DNA of 55,032 nt. It comes from a virus. Taxonomy: Duplodnaviria; Caudoviricetes. Below the pieces are notes generated by a model. That model saw only the letters and a list, made by a program, of their open reading frames with translations, was not told the DNA's origin and did no database searches. Location: the IMG/VR virus record IMGVR_UViG_3300045996_000451, positions 1-55,032 of that record. One strand, given 5' to 3'. Of this stretch, positions 1 to 6,274 are shown piece after piece (position 1 is the stretch's first letter; each line of letters begins with the position of its first letter). The position numbers were made by a program, and so were the translations under genes.

Positions 1-108
1 CTCCGTGGAATCTTGCCCGAGTTGCCCGATACGGGCTACCGTCACGACGCCGCAGGGTACATTCAGGAATTTAACCGCGTCAGACACCTAAAGGAGATAC
101 CGCAGTGA
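1..108 (+). CDS. 3' end of the coiled-coil protein whose full copy is 54237..54485
   Basis: Same sequence as 54378..54485 (LRGILPELPDTGYRH...EIPQ*). Confidence 0.7.
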   Translation, partial: LRGILPELPDTGYRHDAAGYIQEFNRVRHLKEIPQ

Positions 109-365
109 ACCCCGCCCTGATATCAATAAGCAGCATGCGCACAATGTCGAACCTGGATTTGATTAAATCCGCGCGTCAGTTCGACCGTTTATCAATACTC
201 GAAACCGAACTGTTAAAGCGGCTCGATGTTTTCGAGCAAGAGGAAATCCGCAAGGCCGAACGCACTCTCAAGTTCATGGCACGGACGAAGGACGAGGAAG
301 TGCGTAAAATAGTGGACTGGGCGAAGGCCCGGGACGTTAAACAAATGGAGACACAGCAAGCATGA
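105..365 (+). CDS. Hypothetical early protein (allele A of 54482..54787)
   Basis: GTG start with AAGGAG RBS; first ~62 aa nearly identical to 54482..54787. Confidence 0.7.
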   Translation: MNPALISISSMRTMSNLDLIKSARQFDRLSILETELLKRLDVFEQEEIRKAERTLKFMARTKDEEVRKIVDWAKARDVKQMETQQA

Positions 366-772
366 ACACCTTCCGCTGTGTCGGCTGCGGGTCGCAGTCC
401 ACGCTACACGGTAGCCTTCGGTGCCGTAGTTGTTTCGAAGACTACTTAAAGCAGAAATCTAACCCTACGGGTGTAAACATGAAAACGTACTTCGCAATTC
501 TCGCCGTACTAATGGTTATCAGCTTTACCAGCGGTTACGCTTCGGCGGAAATGCCAACCCTGTACGAAAGCTACGAACGGGGGCTGCGCGACGACCAGCA
601 ACAGAACGCCGTGCGCAACACCATGCAGCGTCGCATGAACCAGCAATACTATAACGACCGTCTGCAGAACGAAATCCAGCAACAGCAGGACGACATGAAC
701 TACTACCAGCAACAGGAACACATGCGGAACCAGGGATGGGGACGCCCGGGACTCGACGGGGGTGCAAGGTGA
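362..772 (+). CDS. Exported Q/N/Y-rich protein (likely start 479), preceded in frame by a CxxC..CxxC peptide
   Basis: MKTYFAILAVLMVISFTSGYASA looks like a signal peptide; the allele at 54784 starts at this Met. Confidence 0.65.
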   Translation: MNTFRCVGCGSQSTLHGSLRCRSCFEDYLKQKSNPTGVNMKTYFAILAVLMVISFTSGYASAEMPTLYESYERGLRDDQQQNAVRNTMQRRMNQQYYNDRLQNEIQQQQDDMNYYQQQEHMRNQGWGRPGLDGGAR

Positions 773-1203
773 GAACATTTCAAGAATGGGCGGCGCATTG
801 CCGGTACGTAGAGGGCACTCTTGCGTACGAACATGCACTCAACGGGTATCAGGCCGGTCTAGCCGCCGCCCCGACGCCAGAGGTTGAGCCGGTTGCCGTA
901 GTTGACATGTACCACGGCGTAGGGGGAGTCGTATGGGGCAACGACGGTATCCCCGTGGAAGGCACCAAACTTTACACCCACCCCGCCCCATCCGACGAAC
1001 TGGTGAAGGCGGCTAGGGAATTGCTTACCGCGTGTAACGAAGCGTTACCTTTCATGCCGCACAACTTGGACGGTTTAATGGCGAACCTAGACGCCCAACT
1101 CACCAAGCACCAACCCGCCGAACCGAAAGCCCCGCCCACCCAGGCAGAGCTATACGACATGGAGTCCGCGATTAACAGGCACCTGAACGGGGGCGGACGG
1201 TGA
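769..1203 (+). CDS. Hypothetical phage protein
   Basis: GTGA overlap with the upstream stop; EPVA...GTKLYTHP motif typical of phage early hypotheticals. Confidence 0.65.
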   Translation: MRTFQEWAAHCRYVEGTLAYEHALNGYQAGLAAAPTPEVEPVAVVDMYHGVGGVVWGNDGIPVEGTKLYTHPAPSDELVKAARELLTACNEALPFMPHNLDGLMANLDAQLTKHQPAEPKAPPTQAELYDMESAINRHLNGGGR

Positions 1204-1406
1204 AAAGCCCCAAGGACAACATAGACGATCCGTCAACCATTGTTGACCGGCTGAACGGGATATACCCGGCATGGGTTCCCGGAGTCTATAAGCCTACGCC
1301 ACTGAACACGGAAGCCGCGCGGGAAATTGTACGGTTGCGGGGAGAATTAGCAAAGTTACGGGAAGAGGTAGAGCAAGTGGAATACGACTTCAGAACTAAC
1401 GATTAA
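1200..1406 (+). CDS. Hypothetical protein with C-terminal coiled coil
   Basis: GTGA overlap, operon-like packing. Confidence 0.6.
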   Translation: MKSPKDNIDDPSTIVDRLNGIYPAWVPGVYKPTPLNTEAAREIVRLRGELAKLREEVEQVEYDFRTND

Positions 1407-1634
1407 ATGAATAGCTACGACGAAATATTATCATCCGACGAGGTTTCGGCAATCACCGGACGGAAGCACAGGGCTGAACAAATCCGGTGGTTGACGGACA
1501 ACCGGTGGCGGTTCGAGTTGAACGCCGCGCAGGATCCGGTTATCGGCCGCTGGTACGCTCGCATGAAGCTGGCCGGCGTGGACCTCGCGGCCATGGCCCC
1601 CGGCAAGTTGCCGGACTTTGCTAAGATACGATAA
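1407..1634 (+). CDS. DUF4224-family excisionase-like protein
   Basis: LSSDEVSAITG..Q..WL...W.F motif; stop overlaps the integrase ATG. Confidence 0.75.
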   Translation: MNSYDEILSSDEVSAITGRKHRAEQIRWLTDNRWRFELNAAQDPVIGRWYARMKLAGVDLAAMAPGKLPDFAKIR

Positions 1635-2716
1635 TGCCCCGACCCCGAATAAAAAGCCGTGACTTGCCGCCCCGCATGGCGTTGCGGTTGCGGAAAAATA
1701 AGCATGGCACCGTCGAATATTACTTCTACGACCAGCGGGTAGGCGGGAAGCGCACCTTGTTGCCCTTGGGTACCGACTTGCTTACCGCGAAAACCAAGTG
1801 GCTAGAACTCGAGCGGAAGTCCAAACCCGAATCCGTGTTCCACGATGACGAACGGACGGTATCTTCCCTGTATGGGCGGTACATGGACTGGGCACGGAAT
1901 CTCGAACAGTCCGGACTGTCGCCCCGCACCATAGATGACCGGGAAAAATACTGGAAGCAACTCCAACCGGTTTTCGGTGAAGCCGATGCGGACGCGATAA
2001 AGCCGGAACACATGATGCGGTACTTTGATACCCGGTCGGCGAAGGCTTCCGCCAAAAAGGAAATCAAGTTCCTGTCCGTAATCTTCAACTGGGCGCGCGC
2101 CCGTGGGTTCATGACCACCGCGAACCCCGTAACGGGGACCACCCGCCAGATGAAACTCAAGGAAGGCCGGGACATTTACGTAACCGATGAAATGCTGGCA
2201 CTCGTATATGACCACGCCGTACCGGTCATCCAGGACGCTATCGACCTCGCCTACCTTACCGGCCAGCGTCCCGCCGATGTGCTGAACCTGCGATGGGACC
2301 AGGTGAAAGACGGCGCCCTATGGATTGAACAGGGCAAGACCAAAGCGAAAATACAGATTGACATTACGGGTGAACTGGCGGCCGTTATCGACCGTATCAA
2401 GGCGCGGGGCGTGGTCGGTATGACGGTACTGTGTGACCCCAAGGGGCAGAAGTTGAAGCCCTTCGGGTACTTCCGCAGCCAGTTCAAGCTGGCGCGCGAC
2501 CGGGCACAAGCCAAGGCCGCGGAACTGGGAATCGAGTTCGTGCGGTTCCAGTTCAAGGATTTGCGGGCTAAGAGTGCGTCGGACATAGTGAGCATGGCGA
2601 GTGCCCGGAAACTGCTAGGACACTCCACCGAATCGATGACCACAAAGTACGTCAGAAACCGGGTCGGTGAAAAGGTTTCGCCGGTACTGATTTCCGGTTA
2701 CAAGCCGAAATCGTAG
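1634..2716 (+). CDS. int: Tyrosine recombinase (phage integrase)
   Basis: LTGQRPAD (catalytic R), FKDLRAK, LLGH, catalytic Y in TTKYVR; attP lies immediately downstream. Confidence 0.95.
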   Translation: MPRPRIKSRDLPPRMALRLRKNKHGTVEYYFYDQRVGGKRTLLPLGTDLLTAKTKWLELERKSKPESVFHDDERTVSSLYGRYMDWARNLEQSGLSPRTIDDREKYWKQLQPVFGEADADAIKPEHMMRYFDTRSAKASAKKEIKFLSVIFNWARARGFMTTANPVTGTTRQMKLKEGRDIYVTDEMLALVYDHAVPVIQDAIDLAYLTGQRPADVLNLRWDQVKDGALWIEQGKTKAKIQIDITGELAAVIDRIKARGVVGMTVLCDPKGQKLKPFGYFRSQFKLARDRAQAKAAELGIEFVRFQFKDLRAKSASDIVSMASARKLLGHSTESMTTKYVRNRVGEKVSPVLISGYKPKS

Positions 2717-2914
2717 GAAACGTTTTCTAAAACTATATTCAATGTTTTTGTAAGTTATTGATTTTATGAGGCGGGAACCGGATTCGAACCGATGTTATAC
2801 GGCTTTGCAGGCCGCAAATCATTTGTTTCAAATCAATAGCTTACAGCGTTTTTCGTTTCCTACACCCCTATTTTCGAGCCTTATTTGACGCCGTTTTCCG
2901 AATCGTAGGAAACG
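2709..2914. promoter_or_regulatory. attP accessory sites: integrase arm-type repeats and two IHF sites
   Basis: GTAGGAAACG at 2713 (+), 2854 (-) and 2905 (+); WATCAANNNNTTR matches at 2751..2763 (-) and 2831..2843 (+). Confidence 0.8.
2768..2815 (-). other. attP core: 3' half of a tRNA-Cys(GCA) gene
   Basis: Minus strand reads GCGGCCTGCAAAGCCGTATAACATCGGTTCGAATCCGGTTCCCGCCTC: anticodon arm with GCA, TTCGAA T-loop and 3' acceptor strand; no 5' half. Confidence 0.88.
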
Positions 2915-2951
2915 GTTTTTACGGTACCGGAAACGCGGTTACATTTAACGG

Positions 2952-2980
2952 TTGCATAATACAGTATCGTGTGATACATT
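2952..2980 (+). promoter_or_regulatory. Sigma70-type rightward promoter with overlapping palindromic operator
   Basis: TTGCAT-17-TACATT; GTATCGTGTGATAC at 2964..2977. Confidence 0.65.
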
Positions 2981-3015
2981 GCTAAACACCATTCACAACG
3001 AAGGAGTAATAAACC

Positions 3016-3462
3016 ATGTCACTGGAACAAGCAATGCAAGAACTTGCGGCAGCATTAAAAGAGAACACCGCACTAGTACGTGAACTGAGCGTTTCCGTCG
3101 ATAAGCTCATTTTGCAATCGTCGCCCACCGAAGTGGACCGCCGCGTGAACGACGACCACAAGGAAGTCGCCGAGAAGGTTATCGAATCCGTAAAAAAGTC
3201 TGCCCCTGCGGAAGCCCCTGTTTCGTCCCCGAGTGGTGCGACGCCCCCGCAGGAAACGGCGCCCGCTGCGGAAGACGAAAAGACCGAACGGCTTATTGAC
3301 CTAATGACCGACGTGGTACCCGTGTTCCAAAAGCTGTGCGTGAACAAGGGTCGGGACGCAGGCGCGGCTATCCTCGCCAAGTGGTCCGTAGCCAAGCTGT
3401 CGCAAGTTCCGGCCGACAAGCTGGGTGAACTCCTGGTGGACATCCAGAAGGCGGCCGCTTAA
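3016..3462 (+). CDS. Conserved hypothetical protein upstream of the DUF2800 gene
   Basis: Strong AAGGAG RBS; coiled coil, Ala/Pro linker and small helical C-terminal domain typical of this locus. Confidence 0.75.
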   Translation: MSLEQAMQELAAALKENTALVRELSVSVDKLILQSSPTEVDRRVNDDHKEVAEKVIESVKKSAPAEAPVSSPSGATPPQETAPAAEDEKTERLIDLMTDVVPVFQKLCVNKGRDAGAAILAKWSVAKLSQVPADKLGELLVDIQKAAA

Positions 3463-3815
3463 TGGACGCCCCAGTACACTCACATGCCCGGATCCTCGCG
3501 CTATACGCCGCCGCTGCGCTGGCGTCTTCGCTGAAGGACCAGGCCGGGCTAATCCTTGCCCAATCGAACCTTAACAATTACCGGTCGCGCGGCCACGGCA
3601 AGGAAAATACGATGTCGGTATCCTTCGCCAGCAACACGAACCGGCAAACCCGTAGCAAGTACCTGCCCCACGTCGGGGCGAAGGAGATAGCCCGCCACAA
3701 TCGAACGTTAGATTTCTACGGCGTTCGGCAACTGTGCCACCGCGATAAAACGCTACTGGACAACGCCCGCCGGCTCGCTAAGCGGATGGCTAGATACGGA
3801 GTACAACATGTCTGA
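3462..3815 (+). CDS. Hypothetical protein (possible internal start at 3612)
   Basis: Overlaps neighbours at both ends; AAGGA before the internal ATG. Confidence 0.55.
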   Translation: MDAPVHSHARILALYAAAALASSLKDQAGLILAQSNLNNYRSRGHGKENTMSVSFASNTNRQTRSKYLPHVGAKEIARHNRTLDFYGVRQLCHRDKTLLDNARRLAKRMARYGVQHV

Positions 3816-5100
3816 ACACGCGAAACTGTCCCCTTCGGGGGCTGAAAAATGGATGACCTGCCCGGGGTCCGCCGCACTCGAAGCCGGGGAACCGGACTCC
3901 TCGACCGACTACTCGGACGAGGGAACCGCTGCGCACTTTTTGGCATCCGAATGCCTGGTCACGAATACCGACGCGGAAGGGTACGTAGGGCAGGTTATTG
4001 GCATCTGGGGTGGTAAAGCCGCATGGTTATATGGGGTTGAGAACTCGGACAACCGCTTCGAAGTCACCGACGACATGGCCATGTACGTGCAAATGTACGT
4101 TGACAAGGTGAAGGAGTACGCTAACCGCGGTGTGGGCTTACACGTCGAACAGCGTATGGGTATCGGACACTTGACCGGCGAGAAGGACGCGGCGGGTACC
4201 GCCGATGCTGTGGTAATCCAGGACGGCGAAATAATAGTAATAGACCTGAAGTACGGGATGCGGGAAGTTAACGGCGAGCGGAACAAGCAGTTGATGCTAT
4301 ACGCCCTCGCCGCCCTGGAAAAGTTCCAAATGTACGACGGCGAGTTTTCTACCATCCGAACAGTAATTATTCAACCGCGCATCGGTCACTTCCCCGAGTG
4401 GTCATGTACTGTTGACGAATTACTCGCCTTCGGTGCGGAAGTTCGCCATGCGGCGGCCGAGTGTGCCAAGGCTGTCGAGTTCAACGAAGGCGGAATCCGG
4501 GACATGCGCGGCTTCCTGGTACCGGGCGACCATTGCAAGAAAAACTATTGCAAGGCACGCCACAAGTGCCCAGCGTTGAAAGCCCAGATAGCCGAAACCG
4601 TGTTCGACGATTTCGAAATGCTTGATAAACCCTTCGTCGAAAAAATCGTAGCGATTAACGACCTGTCAAACGAACAGCTAGCGCGCTCGCTCGATAAGGT
4701 ATCGGTAATCGAAGACTGGTGCAAGGCGGTCCGCGCGAAGGTGGAATCCGAACTGTTCTCGGGTCGCCCGGTCCCCGGCTACAAGCTGGTGCAAGGCAAG
4801 AAGGGGAACCGTAAATGGTCCAGCGAATCGGAAGCCGAAGCCATGCTGAAGGGGTTCAAACTGAAGGTCGAGGAAATGTACGACTTGAAGCTGGTAAGCC
4901 CCACGACCGCCGAGAAGCTGGCCAAGGCCGGTACCATCGGTCCCCGCCAGTGGCCGAAGCTGCAGGGGTTCATTACCCAGTCCGAAGGATCCCCGAGCGT
5001 CGCCCCGGAATCAGATAAGCGGCCGGCGTTGGAAATCAAACCGGCGGTCGATGATTTCGAGAACCTGGAACCGCAGGACGACTTCGCGGATATGGTGTAG
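3808..5100 (+). CDS. DUF2800 Cas4-like PD-(D/E)xK nuclease
   Basis: HAKLSPS..W..CP, EGTAAH, GTADAV, IDLKYG, QLMLYA, C..YC.....CP. Confidence 0.9.
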   Translation: MSEHAKLSPSGAEKWMTCPGSAALEAGEPDSSTDYSDEGTAAHFLASECLVTNTDAEGYVGQVIGIWGGKAAWLYGVENSDNRFEVTDDMAMYVQMYVDKVKEYANRGVGLHVEQRMGIGHLTGEKDAAGTADAVVIQDGEIIVIDLKYGMREVNGERNKQLMLYALAALEKFQMYDGEFSTIRTVIIQPRIGHFPEWSCTVDELLAFGAEVRHAAAECAKAVEFNEGGIRDMRGFLVPGDHCKKNYCKARHKCPALKAQIAETVFDDFEMLDKPFVEKIVAINDLSNEQLARSLDKVSVIEDWCKAVRAKVESELFSGRPVPGYKLVQGKKGNRKWSSESEAEAMLKGFKLKVEEMYDLKLVSPTTAEKLAKAGTIGPRQWPKLQGFITQSEGSPSVAPESDKRPALEIKPAVDDFENLEPQDDFADMV

Positions 5101-5102
5101 CC

Positions 5103-5309
5103 ATGTACTCAGCTTACGACAAATACCGGGATGATCCCTTCGAAGACGACGGGGAACCCGGCGAAGGACCGGAAGCGTGCAAGTATTGCGGGGCCGACGG
5201 TCTGTACTGGGTAGAAGTGGGGTTCGATGAATGGCGGCTACACGACTCCCATGGAAACCCGCATTTTTGTGAACCGAATGCGGACGACTTCGAGGACATT
5301 TCACCATAA
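5103..5309 (+). CDS. Small Zn-binding acidic protein
   Basis: CKYCG...W...H.C motif; acidic ADDFEDI tail. Confidence 0.65.
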   Translation: MYSAYDKYRDDPFEDDGEPGEGPEACKYCGADGLYWVEVGFDEWRLHDSHGNPHFCEPNADDFEDISP

Positions 5310-5312
5310 CAC

Positions 5313-5341
5313 TTGACAGTTACGTTATCCGGTGATATATT
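5313..5341 (+). promoter_or_regulatory. Sigma70-type promoter for ssb with operator
   Basis: TTGACA-17-TATATT; TTATCCGGTGATAT at 5325..5338. Confidence 0.75.
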
Positions 5342-5379
5342 AATTCCTGTTTCAGTTATCAACTTAAGGAGTATAAAAC

Positions 5380-5943
5380 ATGAAGGTAGTGCTAAAAGAT
5401 GTACGGTTATCCTTCCCCGACCTGTTTGTGCCACAAATTTACAAGGGCAAGACCGATTCCAAGCCCCGTTACAGTGCATCGTTCCTGGTCGAACCGGGTA
5501 GCGAGAACGACAAGAAAATCCGCGCCGCAATCAAGGACGCCGCAACGGAGTCCTACGGGGCGAAAGCGGCAGCGCAACTGAAGGCGATGGAAAACAACAG
5601 CAACAAGTATTGTTACATGGACGGAGACCTGAAGGACTACGACGGTTACGCGGGCATGATGGCCCTGTCGTCCCATCGCAATGCGGACCAGGGCGCCCCC
5701 AAGGTGGTGGACCGTAACAAGGAAGTGGAACTGAAAGCCGCCGACGGCAAGCCGTACGCCGGTTGCTACGTGAACGCCAGCGTGGAAATTTATGCACAGA
5801 AGGGCGAGTACCCCGGCATTAGGGCTTCCCTCATCGCGGTTCAGTTCAGCAAGGACGGCGACGCCTTCGCGGGCACCCCGGCCACCGCCGAAGACTTCGA
5901 CGACTTGGCGGTACCCGAAGACGAAACCGCAGACATGATTTAA
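5380..5943 (+). CDS. DUF2815 single-stranded DNA-binding protein
   Basis: VRLSFPDLF, YAGCYVNAS, L.AVQF.KDGDAF and an acidic C-terminal tail. Confidence 0.9.
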   Translation: MKVVLKDVRLSFPDLFVPQIYKGKTDSKPRYSASFLVEPGSENDKKIRAAIKDAATESYGAKAAAQLKAMENNSNKYCYMDGDLKDYDGYAGMMALSSHRNADQGAPKVVDRNKEVELKAADGKPYAGCYVNASVEIYAQKGEYPGIRASLIAVQFSKDGDAFAGTPATAEDFDDLAVPEDETADMI

Positions 5944-5948
5944 AGGTA

Positions 5949-5973
5949 TCCCGCCCTTCGGGGCGGGACTTTT
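5949..5973 (+). terminator. Rho-independent terminator
   Basis: TCCCGCCC-TTCG-GGGCGGGA followed by CTTTT. Confidence 0.85.
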
Positions 5974-5974
5974 C

Positions 5975-6254
5975 GGAAGGGGTTCTTAAGTTGATGCGGG
6001 GTTTCGGGCGATTTCCCAGCGGGCGCGTAAGAACCTCTTCCAAAAAGAACAATAGTGGTTGCCGGGGTTTCTCCTAGAGAGCCTTAAAGCCGGAACTGAA
6101 CCCCCGGCTCGGTAGCCCTGAATCGCAACGCGGATTTCCTTCCACAAGGCTTGTAGGGGAACCGCGACGCGCAACCCGTCCCGGCATAATTCATTAACGG
6201 GCAATTCAGGGAAGAGGTTTACGGACCCGGATACGTTGCTGCGTATCCGGGACC
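5975..6254 (+). ncRNA. Putative structured RNA / 5' leader of polA
   Basis: Four stems: 5975-5988/6028-6041, 6061-6071/6098-6108, 6116-6126/6201-6211 (multibranch), 6226-6235/6242-6251. Confidence 0.45.
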
Positions 6255-6274
6255 ACTTACATGAGGACAAGAAA

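Larger units (their letters stand above)
1..703 (+). repeat. Terminal imperfect direct repeat, copy A
   Basis: 1..127 is identical to 54378..54504 and 623..703 is identical to 54952..55032; the intervening sequence is homologous but mosaic. Confidence 0.92.

Noticed and set aside
1-127. T7-like physical direct terminal repeat
   Set aside because: The repeat begins mid-gene, the copies are mosaic, and the locus is far from the packaging genes; assembly overlap is more likely
2768-2815. Functional tRNA-Cys gene
   Set aside because: Only the 3' half is present; there is no D-arm or 5' acceptor strand, so it is treated as the attP core
3808-5100. CRISPR-associated cas4
   Set aside because: Context (DUF2815, polA) marks it as the standard phage DUF2800 nuclease
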